Shown here in pieces: positions 11,258 through 21,946 of a stretch of 64,000 bases of DNA (its first letter is position 1; each line of letters starts with the position of its first letter). The stretch spans positions 61,358-125,357 of the forward strand of contig JAKBQY010000057.1 of NCBI GenBank assembly GCA_021835025.1, written 5' to 3'. A model generated the notes under the pieces. That model saw only the letters and a list, made by a program, of their open reading frames with translations, did not search any database and was not told the DNA's origin. The DNA is from Thermoplasmata archaeon (GTDB lineage Archaea; Thermoplasmatota; Thermoplasmata; Thermoplasmatales; Thermoplasmataceae). The position numbers were made by a program, and so were the translations under genes.

Positions 11258-12167
11258 TTTTAGAAGTGATTTAACAGTTGATTGGTGTCCAGGATGTGGT
11301 GATTTCGGAATACTTACTGCAATAACGAAGGCTCTTGGAAATATGAACCTTGATCCAGAGAAAGTTGTAGCAATTTCAGGAATTGGATGTTCTGGAAAGA
11401 CTCCGCATTATTTGAACATTGCGGGTGCACATACATTACATGGAAGGTCAATTCCATATTCAGTAGGTGTTAAACTTGCAAACCCAAATCTCAAGGTGCT
11501 TGTTATGGGGGGAGATGGCGATATGCTTGGCATTGGTGCAGGGCATTTTGTCGCAGAAGGCAGAAGGAATTCAGGCGTTGTTATAATATTATACAATAAT
11601 TCTGTATATGGATTAACAAAAGGACAGGCAGCTCCTACAATGCCTCTTGGAGAAAAGGTAAAAAGCATTCCAAGACCAAATATATTTACCAAGATAAACC
11701 CAATTCCGCTTGCCATGGCTTCCGGGTACTCTTTTGTTGCAAGAGGTTTTTCATCTGAAATAAACCACCTTTCAGATTTGATTCAAAGAGCAGTAAACCA
11801 TGAAGGGTCATCAGTGATAGAGGTCTTACAACCTTGCCCCACATACAATGATGTTAACACACTTGACTGGTACAGAAAGAGGGTATATAAATTGGAGGAT
11901 GATAAATCGTGGGATCCTATTGTTAAAAATAAAGAAGAGGAAGAGGAAAAGTTTGATAATGGTTATCAAATGTCTTTGAAATGGGGAGACCATATACCAA
12001 TAGGAATAATGTATGAAAATAATACAATACCAAGCTTTACTAAAAGGTTGTCAGATATTGTTCCGAATTATCTAAAATATCCACCATCTGAACAGGATAT
12101 TTCTGACTCAGAAGGATACTCAATTCTTGATCCCTTTGAAACGTTCATTGAGAGAAGAATAGATTAA
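11247..12167 (+). CDS. korB: 2-oxoacid:ferredoxin oxidoreductase beta subunit
   Basis: WCPGCGDFG, SGIGCS, HGR, TPP motif GGDGD...NN, YGLTKGQ. ATG at 11247 follows a GAGGTG SD-like site. Confidence 0.94.
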   Translation: MVHNFRSDLTVDWCPGCGDFGILTAITKALGNMNLDPEKVVAISGIGCSGKTPHYLNIAGAHTLHGRSIPYSVGVKLANPNLKVLVMGGDGDMLGIGAGHFVAEGRRNSGVVIILYNNSVYGLTKGQAAPTMPLGEKVKSIPRPNIFTKINPIPLAMASGYSFVARGFSSEINHLSDLIQRAVNHEGSSVIEVLQPCPTYNDVNTLDWYRKRVYKLEDDKSWDPIVKNKEEEEEKFDNGYQMSLKWGDHIPIGIMYENNTIPSFTKRLSDIVPNYLKYPPSEQDISDSEGYSILDPFETFIERRID

Positions 12168-12174
12168 AAAAATA

Positions 12175-12540
12175 TTATTTTTTGTTTTTTTGCGTTTTGT
12201 TTTCTTTATTTTTTAAGTCTTTTAAATATTTTTGTATATATTGTATGTCAATATTCAGGGTGTTATCCGTTTCCTGAAGCCAGAGAATCCCCCCTGCTGA
12301 ATCTATAAGTTTTCCAGCAAATTTCATATTTCCCACGAGGGCCTTCCAGTTAAATGGAATTTTGGATATTACCGAAAGATACATAGCATTATTTGATTTT
12401 CTTACATGTAATTTTCCGTTAAAGAGGTCACCAATTTTATAAAAAATTTCTGTAGCAAATGGTTCTTCACCAAGTTTGCCGTAAACTTCCTTTTCGTCAG
12501 TAACTTCAACATCCTTCAATAAATTTTTCAGGTCACTCAT
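12175..12540 (-). CDS. Small hydrophilic fourth subunit of Sulfolobales-type (type E) succinate dehydrogenase
   Basis: Last gene of the operon, overlapping sdhE (ATGA). PFA.E..YK..DLF.GK.H.R and FNWK...AGG..W resemble the Sulfolobales small subunit (from recall). Confidence 0.7.
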   Translation of the reverse strand: MSDLKNLLKDVEVTDEKEVYGKLGEEPFATEIFYKIGDLFNGKLHVRKSNNAMYLSVISKIPFNWKALVGNMKFAGKLIDSAGGILWLQETDNTLNIDIQYIQKYLKDLKNKENKTQKNKK

Positions 12541-13409
12541 GCGAATCCTCTCTCCCTGAGATATTTTGCTGTAATCTTGCCTATGCCAAGTTCCTCCGGA
12601 GAATGGCCAAATGCAAGTCCTATTAGCTGTGTTATGTATAATGTTGGCAATGTCCAGTCCTGCTTGAAGTGATCCTTTATTTTTAGTTGGGTAACATCAA
12701 GCTGTAAATGGCATAATGAACATGGATGGACCATCATATCGGCACCATTGTTTCTGGCATCCGATAGTATATTGTTTGCCATTTTTAAACCAACAGGAGG
12801 ATTGCTTCCCATAAGTGGAAAACCGCAACATGATGCTTTTAATGGAAATGAAATGGGTGTAGCGCCGGTGGCCGCTACAAGGTCCATTACACTGTGTGGA
12901 TCATGTGCAGATTCGAATCCCATAACATTGCTTGGCCTCAATAGTTGGCATCCATAATAAGTTCCTATTTTTATATCCTTAAGAGGTTTTTTTACGTGTT
13001 TTTGTATATTTTCTATGCCAACATCCTGAATTAAAACCCATATAAAATGTTCTGAGTCAACTCCACCTTCATATTCTATATTTGCTTTTTCAAGCCTTTT
13101 ATCAACATTTTCCTTTAGGTCGGAGTCATTTTCATATTTATCCACTGCTATTCTATGGCTATTAAGGCAGACGCTGCAAGGAGTGGCCATCTTGTCATAT
13201 CCCATCTCCTTAACCTTGTTCAGATTTCTAAGGTTGAGTGATGTATGTATTTCCTCATTTCTATCATCCATGAAGCCTCCACCGCAACAGTTCCAGTCAT
13301 CAACCTCCATGAGTTCAAGGTCAAGATCCTTTGCAATTAATTGCGTGGCTATATCTACATCTTTTGCTATTCCATGGGATGCACATCCCGGATAATACGC
13401 AACTTTCAT
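12537..13409 (-). CDS. sdhE: Succinate dehydrogenase CCG-domain anchor subunit (type E, HdrB-like)
   Basis: YYPGC, NCCGGG, PCSVC, YYGCQ, SCCGFP and PCSLCH (two CCG domains); follows sdhB. Confidence 0.88.
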   Translation of the reverse strand: MKVAYYPGCASHGIAKDVDIATQLIAKDLDLELMEVDDWNCCGGGFMDDRNEEIHTSLNLRNLNKVKEMGYDKMATPCSVCLNSHRIAVDKYENDSDLKENVDKRLEKANIEYEGGVDSEHFIWVLIQDVGIENIQKHVKKPLKDIKIGTYYGCQLLRPSNVMGFESAHDPHSVMDLVAATGATPISFPLKASCCGFPLMGSNPPVGLKMANNILSDARNNGADMMVHPCSLCHLQLDVTQLKIKDHFKQDWTLPTLYITQLIGLAFGHSPEELGIGKITAKYLRERGFA

Positions 13410-14350
13410 TTTTTATCACCCATTATTTTTTTAATTTCATCAATATTTTTTACATCAGTATCTTTTGACATGGCATACTTTATTTTACCTTGTTTCATCA
13501 TGTACATCATATCTTTCATGGCGGCAACATATCCAAAGGTTTTTAGGTATAATTTTGACTCCTTTATTTTGCCGGATTCCGCGATGGACTCAGATATTGT
13601 ATCGTCATGCTTTCTGGCCATTGTAATCACTTCAGTGGTCCCCGGATATTCATCAACATATGCCTTTGTTTTCTTGATAGCTATTACCGGCTGTACATCC
13701 TGTGGACATACTTCATAGCACATATAACATGATGTGCATCTCCAGGCACTGTCCATAAGTATGCCTATTCTTTCAGCTTTTTTAGTGTCCCTGCCATCAG
13801 CAATAAATCTGTACCCCTTTGCGTGTGCAGCAGGACCCAGAAATTTTTCATCCTCCTTTACTGAAGGGCATGCTGAAACGCAGAGCCCACACCATATGCA
13901 TTCTTCGAATTTCCAAACTTCCTTTTGCTCCGAAGGGGTCATTCTTTCCTCATTCTCTCCCGATATTACTGTTTGATCGGCATACAACCTTGGCTCAACC
14001 TTGTACATCCTATCATAAAATGTATCTATATCTGGAATTAAATCCCTCACTTCCTTATAATAATCCATTGCTTCCAGATTTACTTCATTTTTATCATTTA
14101 TGGCATTGAATGCCATGGTTTTACATGCTAATCTTGGTTCTCCATTGATTTTCATTGCACAACTTCCACATACAGCCATATGGCAGGATGCTCTATAAGA
14201 CAGTGCAGGATCCTGTTCATACTTTATCCATCTTAAAACCTCTGTCATCTGTGTGTATCTATTGGCATTTACCCTGTATGTTCTCCATTGTTCACCATTA
14301 TTTTCATCGTATTTTTTTATATTTACAGTTATTTCTTTTTCTTCAACCAT
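13406..14350 (-). CDS. sdhB: Succinate dehydrogenase iron-sulfur subunit (complex 1, type E)
   Basis: [10 protein letters not shown]...C [2Fe-2S]; [12 protein letters not shown]; [12 protein letters not shown] (three-Cys spacing at the third cluster); C-terminal extension. Confidence 0.93.
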   Translation of the reverse strand: MVEEKEITVNIKKYDENNGEQWRTYRVNANRYTQMTEVLRWIKYEQDPALSYRASCHMAVCGSCAMKINGEPRLACKTMAFNAINDKNEVNLEAMDYYKEVRDLIPDIDTFYDRMYKVEPRLYADQTVISGENEERMTPSEQKEVWKFEECIWCGLCVSACPSVKEDEKFLGPAAHAKGYRFIADGRDTKKAERIGILMDSAWRCTSCYMCYEVCPQDVQPVIAIKKTKAYVDEYPGTTEVITMARKHDDTISESIAESGKIKESKLYLKTFGYVAAMKDMMYMMKQGKIKYAMSKDTDVKNIDEIKKIMGDKK

Positions 14351-14351
14351 A

Positions 14352-16049
14352 TCAATACACCCTCGGTTCCGGTTTCCATTTTGTGACTATAACAGACTTG
14401 TATTTAATCTCAATGGTATTATCCGGTTTCAGATAAGCCAGTGTATGTTTCATCCAGTTGTCATCATTCCTTACAGGATAATCATTCCTGAAATGTGCCC
14501 CCCTTGTTTCAGTTCTGTTCAGTGCCGCTGTTGCAATTGCAAGCGAAACATCGATCATATTCCTCGTTTCAAATGCATTGAAAACCTCAGTATTGTAGTT
14601 TGTTGTCTTGTCCGTTACATACATGTTTTTTGCTCTTTCCCTGAGATTTTGTAAGCCTTTGACAGCATCTCCCAGTTTATTCTCATCCCTGAAAATGCCA
14701 ACATTATTCCACATTGTTTCCTTCAATTCATCCAGCAATGTCCCGAAATGCTCTCCTGTTTCCTTTTTAATATATAAATATGCATTGTTTGCAATTTCTT
14801 CGGTGCCATCTGATGATTCGACATTTTTATGTTTTTTAAGGAAATCAACCATTGTTTTACCCGTTTCCCTTCCATAAACAAGTGTTTCAAGAAGGGAATT
14901 TGAACCGAGCCTGTTTGCTCCATGCACTGAAACGCATGCGGCTTCTCCGGCTGCAAATAATCCATTCAAATCGGAATTTGTTCCAGTTATGTCAACATCA
15001 ATTCCGCCCATGAAATAATGCTGTGCTGGTCTTACCGGTATCATCTCCTCTGCCGCATCGACACCGGCAAATGTTTTAGCAGCATCATAAGCCAGGGTCA
15101 ATCTTTCCATTATATATTCCCTTCCCAAATGTGTCAGATCGAGGCTAAGATAACCACCTTCAAATCCCCTCCCTTCCATCATCTCCATTGTCATTGACCT
15201 TGATACAATGTCCCTTGGAGCGAGATCAAATTTATGGGGAGCATATTTTGCCATAAATCTTTCATTCTTATTATTTTTTAATATTGCACCCTCAGCTCTG
15301 GCAGCTTCGCTTATTAAAATATCAGAGGGGTATAAACAGGTGGGATGGAACTGCACAAATTCCGGATCCTTCAATGGAACCCCAGACCTCAGGGCAATGC
15401 CATAGCCATCACCTGTACTTATATAGCTATTTGTTGAATGCTTGTAAACCATGCCAAGGCCTCCTGAAGCAATCAATAAAGCTCTGGATTTTAAATATAT
15501 GGGATCCATGTTTTTCATTTCCATTGCAACAAGTCCGTTGACATTGTTTCCATCCTTTACTATATCAAGAACATAATATTCGCTGTAAAAATCTATATTG
15601 CTAAATCCAGATGCGTGTTCGAACAGCGTGTGCAACAATGCCATACCTGTTTTATCAGCAACAAATCTTGTTCTTGGGTATGTTTGCCCGCCAAAATATC
15701 TTAAGGCAATTCTCCCATCCGGTTGTCTATTAAACGGTGCCCCCCACGTATCCAGTATTCTGACTATTTCGCCTGATTTGTCTGATAATAGTTCGGCAGC
15801 ATTCTGGTCAACCAAATAATCACCGCCTTTCACCTCATCATATGACATGAATTCAGGATCATCATTTGGATCGGAATTTCCATTAATATAAGCTGCTATG
15901 CCACCCTCAGCAGCTGCTGAATGCGACCTTGTTGGAAAAACCTTTGAAACAACTGCCACTTTAAATCCAGCATCGGCAACATAATTGGCCGCCATTAAAC
16001 CTGCCAGACCACCTCCAAGAATTACTGCATCATATTCCTTTTTTTCCAT
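14352..16049 (-). CDS. sdhA: Succinate dehydrogenase flavoprotein (complex 1, type E)
   Basis: GGGLAG, covalent-FAD [34 protein letters not shown]. Confidence 0.95.
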   Translation of the reverse strand: MEKKEYDAVILGGGLAGLMAANYVADAGFKVAVVSKVFPTRSHSAAAEGGIAAYINGNSDPNDDPEFMSYDEVKGGDYLVDQNAAELLSDKSGEIVRILDTWGAPFNRQPDGRIALRYFGGQTYPRTRFVADKTGMALLHTLFEHASGFSNIDFYSEYYVLDIVKDGNNVNGLVAMEMKNMDPIYLKSRALLIASGGLGMVYKHSTNSYISTGDGYGIALRSGVPLKDPEFVQFHPTCLYPSDILISEAARAEGAILKNNKNERFMAKYAPHKFDLAPRDIVSRSMTMEMMEGRGFEGGYLSLDLTHLGREYIMERLTLAYDAAKTFAGVDAAEEMIPVRPAQHYFMGGIDVDITGTNSDLNGLFAAGEAACVSVHGANRLGSNSLLETLVYGRETGKTMVDFLKKHKNVESSDGTEEIANNAYLYIKKETGEHFGTLLDELKETMWNNVGIFRDENKLGDAVKGLQNLRERAKNMYVTDKTTNYNTEVFNAFETRNMIDVSLAIATAALNRTETRGAHFRNDYPVRNDDNWMKHTLAYLKPDNTIEIKYKSVIVTKWKPEPRVY

Positions 16050-16360
16050 TTTAACACCACCATGTTTTAAAAATTACCATGCATCGACATTAATAAATAA
16101 AATATAATATTTTGCTTTAAAAAAAGCATTTTAATTGGTTTTCCCCCAAAAAAATTATCGGTTATTCCATTTTTTTTCTCACTGAATTACACTCATCTCT
16201 CATTCTTTTAATCTTCTTCCTTGGATTTCGAGTCGTGAATTTCTGAAACTCACTTATCCTCAATTTTAAATTTCGTATAGATAAAAATTTAATGAAAATC
16301 CAAACGAAAAGAACTTTACAATTTTATTTTCTTAAATTTAACTTATAAAAATAAAGATTT

Positions 16361-16534
16361 TCAGGGTGTTAATACTGAAATCAAAAATATTATGAACCCC
16401 ACAATTACAAAGTATACCGTACCTGTTATCGTTGCTCCTTGTATGAATTTATAATAGAGACCCCCCATTTCTATCAAGAATAGCCCAAGAAAGAATAATG
16501 GATATCTCCATGCCGATTTCATGAATTTGTGCAT
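16361..16534 (-). CDS. Small two-TM membrane protein (about 57 aa) at the end of the second sdh operon
   Basis: ATG 5 nt after the anchor-gene stop; two hydrophobic segments. The track's longer start overlaps the anchor gene. Confidence 0.55.
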   Translation of the reverse strand: MHKFMKSAWRYPLFFLGLFLIEMGGLYYKFIQGATITGTVYFVIVGFIIFLISVLTP

Positions 16535-16539
16535 GGCAA

Positions 16540-17289
16540 TCACAACCTGAATAGTAGGATGTTTATGGGCAGTCCTACTGCAACGCCCCTTATGAAGAGA
16601 TCTACAAGAAAGAATGAGGCCAGGCTCATCCATGCGAATGTTTCATGGTTATTGTTGAGTTTTGAAATAGCATTGAATAATGGTCTTCTTGCACTCTTCT
16701 TATTTACTGGACAGCTGTAACAATCAACATTTCCACCGGTAACATGCCTGAAGAAGTGGCAGGAAAATGTATATATTACTGCCCAGAACGTATTCCATAT
16801 AAGCAACAGCGCCCCAAGTGTAAATGTGCCATTATAGGAAAGAGCCACATATATATCAAAGAAAAAGAATGGCAATATTGCAACTGCCGCATACCAGAAA
16901 TATCTGTGAAGATTCTCAAGCCTGAAAAAGTTCGTTTCGCCAACATATAATCTCCCCCTTTTTTCACCAGAGATGTCCATTTTCTTCTGGGCATCTCTGA
17001 ATGATGTTACTTCGCAGGCCATGGGATGCTTGAAAAGATGCCTGTGATAGTCCTTTCTATAGGCATAACATGTGGCACGAAAACCAGCAACAAGTGGAAG
17101 CACCAGAATTGTTGGTGCGTAAAATGGATCCGTTAAACCTTCGACCGGTTTTGACATTGCAAATTCAGTCATAAGATATATTGCAAGCAACACAAGCAAT
17201 ACAAAAGACCAGAATCTGATCGTGCCGAATTCTCTTGGAAATTTTACCACTTTCTCCATTTTTTCTTTATCCTTTACACTGAATGACAT
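16540..17289 (-). CDS. Membrane anchor of mycobacterial Sdh1-like (type F) succinate dehydrogenase
   Basis: FRATCYAYRK, ENLHRYF, YTFSCHFFRHVTGG and NHETFAW match the Rv0249c-type anchor pattern as recalled; about 5 TM segments. Confidence 0.82.
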   Translation of the reverse strand: MSFSVKDKEKMEKVVKFPREFGTIRFWSFVLLVLLAIYLMTEFAMSKPVEGLTDPFYAPTILVLPLVAGFRATCYAYRKDYHRHLFKHPMACEVTSFRDAQKKMDISGEKRGRLYVGETNFFRLENLHRYFWYAAVAILPFFFFDIYVALSYNGTFTLGALLLIWNTFWAVIYTFSCHFFRHVTGGNVDCYSCPVNKKSARRPLFNAISKLNNNHETFAWMSLASFFLVDLFIRGVAVGLPINILLFRL

Positions 17290-18042
17290 TTACCTCACCA
17301 CCTTCTCCTTTTTTCTTCTGCCCTTAATTAACATGGCAATAGGATCGTACTGTCTATCAACATTCCTCTCTTTTTCCTGTATAATTGCATTATCAGTAAT
17401 TTTTATGTGTTCCGGGCATACATCTGTACAACATTTTGTAATGTTGCAATACCCCAATCCCCCCTCATTGTTAAGGAATTTAGAGCGATCAAGGGCGTCA
17501 AGGGGGTGCATGTCCCACGATGCAGCCTTTACGATATACCTTGGACCAAAATATGGAGTGTAATGTTCCCTGATAACATGGCATACATCCATACATAGGA
17601 AACATTCTATACATCTCTTGAATTCCTTTGATCTTTCAACGTCCTTTGGATTTATTTTCCAGGGTTCTTCCATGCCTTCTCTTGGAGAAAACATTGGGAT
17701 CTTTCTGGCAATTTCCCAATTCTCAGAGATATCAGTAACAAGGTCCTTAATCAGAGGAAAAGATGCCATTGGTGCAACTGTTATATCCTTTCCAAGTGTA
17801 TCCACTTTTGTTTTGCACATAAGCGATGGTTTTCCGTTAATCTCCGTTGAACAAGAGCCACATTTTCCAGCCTTGCAATTCCATCTTATGGATAGCGTCG
17901 GATCAATATTTTCTTCAACATATCTAACCGTGTCAAGCACAGCCATCCCCTCAATATATGGAACGCTGTATTCAACAAACTTTCCCTCGTTTTCCGTCTC
18001 AGGATCGAACCTGAAAACATGCACACTTATATTTTCGCTCAT
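17290..18042 (-). CDS. sdhB: Succinate dehydrogenase/fumarate reductase iron-sulfur subunit (complex 2, Sdh1-like)
   Basis: RWNCKAGKCGSCS, CIECFLCMDVCHV and GLGYCNITKCCTDVCPEHIKITDNA, characteristic of the Rv0247c-type family. Confidence 0.93.
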   Translation of the reverse strand: MSENISVHVFRFDPETENEGKFVEYSVPYIEGMAVLDTVRYVEENIDPTLSIRWNCKAGKCGSCSTEINGKPSLMCKTKVDTLGKDITVAPMASFPLIKDLVTDISENWEIARKIPMFSPREGMEEPWKINPKDVERSKEFKRCIECFLCMDVCHVIREHYTPYFGPRYIVKAASWDMHPLDALDRSKFLNNEGGLGYCNITKCCTDVCPEHIKITDNAIIQEKERNVDRQYDPIAMLIKGRRKKEKVVR

Positions 18043-19760
18043 TTATACACCTCTGGTTTAACGTAAGCTTTGAATTCCTCTGGCATTTCTTTCGTTTTCT
18101 CTGTTTCATACACTATCTCATTTTTTTCTCCACGATAAACAACAATACTCTTTCTCCAGTTTTTATCTTTTTTTGGAAAATCGCTTCTTGTATGTGCACC
18201 CCTGCTTTCTTCCCTCATCAAAGCGGATGTTGCCGTGGCTTCACAGGATATTAACATGTTCTCCAGTTCAAGGCATCCAAGCAAGCCGTGGTTGTATTTC
18301 ATTCCGCCCTTCGTGCCGACATCAGGGAACTCTTTTTTGAGTTCATTTATTATCTCTATGGCTTTCTTCAGGTGTTCTCCATCTCTGACAATTCCGACAT
18401 TTTCACTCATGCACGTCATGAGCCTATCCATAAGGGCATATGGATTCTTTCCATCTTCCTTAAAGAGGTCATTTATGTGCTTTGTAATACTCTCTACCTC
18501 GTTTTGATCAATTTTCTCCAGCTTTGATGAAAGGGCATATTGTGCAGCAGAATCACCTGCCCTTTTTCCAAACACCAGAATGTCAGCAAGTGAATTGCCT
18601 CCAAGCCTATTTGCCCCATGCAACCCAGAAGTAACTTCGCCCGCTGCAAAAATATTCTCAATATTAGATTTTCCAGATTCTGCTTCAACTTCAATCCCAC
18701 CCATCATATAGTGTACAGTTGGTGCCACTTCCATTTTTTTCTTCGTTATGTCAATATCTGCGAATTCAAGAAATTGTTGATACATAGCAGGGAGTTTGTT
18801 TTTAATGAAATCAGGCCCTTTAAAGGATATATCGAGATAAACACCTCCGTGTTCCGTTCCACGGCCATCCATGATTTCTTTATAAATGGCCCTTGCAACA
18901 ACATCCCTTGCATCCAGTTCCTTCTTTTCAGGTGAATATTTTAACATGAATCTTTCATCTTTGGAATTTAAAAGAATTCCGCCCTCTCCCCTTACACCTT
19001 CAGTTACCAGAACACCTTTAACACTTGGTGGATAGACCATACCTGTTGGATGGAATTGTACCATTTCCATATCCTTCAACTTAACACCGGCGCGGTATGC
19101 AATTCCCAATCCATCCCCTGTGGATTCCCACGAATTTGATGTGACCTTAAAAACACGCCCTGAACCTCCAGTGGCAATGACGATTGCTTTTGTCCTAAAA
19201 ATGTAACGTTTGCCATCATTCATTTTTATGCCATATGCCCCAACAATTTTATTATTATTCTTGATCAAATCAACAATATAAATCTCATCAAGAAATTGTA
19301 TATTTCTGTGTAAAATTTGATCCTCCAATGTTTTTATAAGTTCAAGGCCTGTTCTATCACCAATGTGGGCAAGCCTTCTATAGGTATGTGCACCAAAAGC
19401 TCTTTGCATTATCCTCCCATCCGGCGTTCTGTCAAACAGAGCTCCATATCTTTCAAGTTCAAGAACTCTTTCCGGTGCCTCTTTTGCCAGTAATTCTGCC
19501 ATTTTCCAATCCGAAATATAAACGCCTTCTTCAATAATATCCCCAAAATGGACGGTCCAGTTATCTTTTGAATCAACATCACCAAGAGCGGCAGCTATTC
19601 CGCCTTCAGCCATTACGGTATGAGCTTTGCCCAGCAATGACTTTGACACCATTATTGGTTTTAGTCCAGCATCATTTACAGAAATGGCCGCCCTCATTCC
19701 GGCTCCACCGGCACCTATTATAAGAACATCAGATTCCAAAATTTCAAATTCATCATTCAT
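18039..19760 (-). CDS. sdhA: Succinate dehydrogenase/fumarate reductase flavoprotein (complex 2, Sdh1-like)
   Basis: GAGGAG, KAHTVMAEGG (Rv0248c-type), QFHPTG, HGANRLGGNSL, ESRGAHTR. Confidence 0.94.
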   Translation of the reverse strand: MNDEFEILESDVLIIGAGGAGMRAAISVNDAGLKPIMVSKSLLGKAHTVMAEGGIAAALGDVDSKDNWTVHFGDIIEEGVYISDWKMAELLAKEAPERVLELERYGALFDRTPDGRIMQRAFGAHTYRRLAHIGDRTGLELIKTLEDQILHRNIQFLDEIYIVDLIKNNNKIVGAYGIKMNDGKRYIFRTKAIVIATGGSGRVFKVTSNSWESTGDGLGIAYRAGVKLKDMEMVQFHPTGMVYPPSVKGVLVTEGVRGEGGILLNSKDERFMLKYSPEKKELDARDVVARAIYKEIMDGRGTEHGGVYLDISFKGPDFIKNKLPAMYQQFLEFADIDITKKKMEVAPTVHYMMGGIEVEAESGKSNIENIFAAGEVTSGLHGANRLGGNSLADILVFGKRAGDSAAQYALSSKLEKIDQNEVESITKHINDLFKEDGKNPYALMDRLMTCMSENVGIVRDGEHLKKAIEIINELKKEFPDVGTKGGMKYNHGLLGCLELENMLISCEATATSALMREESRGAHTRSDFPKKDKNWRKSIVVYRGEKNEIVYETEKTKEMPEEFKAYVKPEVYK

Positions 19761-19839
19761 TAAAATCCACCCATATATTTAATAAATGCTTTTATCGGTA
19801 TAAATTTTATGAAAACGACGATTGTGTAACTATTTTGCT

Positions 19840-20386
19840 GTAAATTTAATGGGGTCTTCCATATTCAGTTAGAGATGATAAAAATGAAAAACCCAGATGG
19901 AGTATTGAAAGAGTTAATAAAAAGTTATCTATTAGATCTATGTCGATCATTGAGGGTTATTAGGAAATGTCTATTCATTTATCTCATTGAATATATCCAA
20001 TAATGATATATTCTTATGATTCAATTCGAATTCAATGTTTTCGAGTTTAATTGATTTTATTTTATTTTATCAGGCAAGTTTTTTATTGAAATTCCTAATT
20101 TTCTAAATATATTCAAATTCTTATAGAATAAATTAAAAACCTCCCTTGAAAAAATTGTATCCCTTATCATACCATTTTCACTGAAAATTTTTCTCATGTC
20201 TATAAAAATATATGGTATTTTCATTTCATTTAGACCTGATCTTAATAGACTCGTTTTCCCTGACCTTCTTATTCCATATATTACCGTTAAAGGTGAATTT
20301 TCGATCGATAATTTCAAATCGCCAAATTCCTCTGTTCTATCAAAAATGTCGCTCATGGATGTTTTAGGAACTATATCAAATAACAT
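19840..20386 (-). pseudogene. Degraded archaeal AAA+ ATPase (PF01637-like) pseudogene
   Basis: N-terminus DIFDRTEE...YGIRRSGKTSLL (Walker A) stops at codon 110 in an (ATAAA)x3 repeat. ATPase-like text continues in shifted frames (IKSIKLENIEFEL...SLLDIFNEINE*, later LNMEDP). Confidence 0.75.
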
Positions 20387-20466
20387 GTTATACCTCCTAT
20401 TACTTAAATTTTTTTAAATACTGAAATATATTTACTGATTCAATATGAAAACATTATCCACCTAAT

Positions 20467-20800
20467 TTAATTGAAATAGGCTGCTTTCATTTCAACAACC
20501 TGAACTATATATGATTATATTTTATAGCCTGATTACCTCATCCATTGTTCTACCTATCCAGCGTTTTCTATAATGTATTGAATTCCTCCATCCATTCTTC
20601 GAATTCTTTTTAATTTTCATGGGAATCTTTGTCTTTGCTGGTACACTTGGTGACTCTCTTGATTCCGATGATGCCTTGTTCTTTGGCCGTGAAATAGCCT
20701 TATCTTCGTGTTCATTGAATATCTCTTTTAAAAAGAGCTTACGAATTTCTTTCACTCTTCTGCATCGTGTACGTGTCCATCTATTTTTATAAAATGCCTT
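20467..20800 (-). mobile_element. Eroded C-terminal fragment of an IS5-family-like transposase
   Basis: RPKNKASSESRESPS...GWRNSIHYRKRWIG, then frameshifted IVQVVEMKAAYFN*, resembles the IS5/IS903-type C-terminal pattern. Judged by eye only. Confidence 0.45.
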
Positions 20801-20870
20801 TTTATACTTTATTAATGAAATACTTTATAGACAATACAAAAATATTTAATTTTAGTAATAATATCAACTT

Positions 20871-21848
20871 ATGGCAAATAAAAAAATATCTGTTATTGGC
20901 GCAGGAGCAGTTGGTGCTAGTGTTGCCCAGGTACTTGCTATAAAAGACCTTGGGGATATATATATTTTTGATATAGTTGAAGACATAGCTTCTGGAAAGG
21001 CCCTGGATATACAGGAGGGAGCCCCACACTGGGGATTCAATTCAAAGCTTAAGGGATTTTGTACAAAGGACGAAAAGGAATATGAAAATATGAAGGGATC
21101 CGATGTAATAATAGTTACAGCAGGATTGGCCAGAAAACCAGGAATGAGCAGAGACGATCTTCTAATTAAGAATATAGGAATCATGAAGGATGTTGGAGAA
21201 AAAATTAAAAAATATTCACCTGAATCGATAATAGTAACAGTAACAAACCCTGCTGATATTATGGCATATGTTATACAGAAAGCGTCTGGAATTGATCCAT
21301 CAAGGATAATAGGACTGGGGGGATCTCTTGATAGTACAAGATTTAGAACATTTTTAGCTGAGGAACTGCATGTTTCAGTACAGGATGTAAATGCCTTTGT
21401 GATTGGTGGACATGGTGATGATATGGTTCCATTCATAAGATACTCAAATGTGTCAGGAATACCAATATCGGATCTTCTGAGTAAAGAAAAAATAGAAGAA
21501 ATTGTTAAAAGGACAAGATTGGGAGGGGGAGAGATTGTCAACCTTTATAAAACTGGGAGCGCCTTCTATGCACCTTCAATATCCATAACTGTTATGGCAG
21601 AGTCTGTTTTAAAAAATCAGAAAAGAGTAATACCATGTGCTGCATATTTAACAGGTAAACACGCAGAACATTATGAAATAAACAATATGTTTATAGGAGT
21701 ACCGATAAAAATAGGCAAAAATGGTGTTGATGAGATATTTGATCTTAAAATGAACGAGGAGGACAAAAAACTCTGGGAAAAGAGCGTAGATTCTGTTAAG
21801 AAGAATTGCAAGATTGCTGATGATTTCCTTGCTGGCAAATTAAACTGA
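20871..21848 (+). CDS. mdh: Malate dehydrogenase (LDH-like)
   Basis: GAGAVG, TAGLARKPGMSRDDL, VTNPAD, LDSTRF, GGHGD, RTRLGGGEI. Confidence 0.96.
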   Translation: MANKKISVIGAGAVGASVAQVLAIKDLGDIYIFDIVEDIASGKALDIQEGAPHWGFNSKLKGFCTKDEKEYENMKGSDVIIVTAGLARKPGMSRDDLLIKNIGIMKDVGEKIKKYSPESIIVTVTNPADIMAYVIQKASGIDPSRIIGLGGSLDSTRFRTFLAEELHVSVQDVNAFVIGGHGDDMVPFIRYSNVSGIPISDLLSKEKIEEIVKRTRLGGGEIVNLYKTGSAFYAPSISITVMAESVLKNQKRVIPCAAYLTGKHAEHYEINNMFIGVPIKIGKNGVDEIFDLKMNEEDKKLWEKSVDSVKKNCKIADDFLAGKLN

Positions 21849-21946
21849 AAAATTTTAGTTTTTTAAATATTTTTATTTTAAAATTAATCCAAAAATTATG
21901 TTTTAAAATTATAACAATAAATTTTCAATATTGAAAAAATAAAGAT

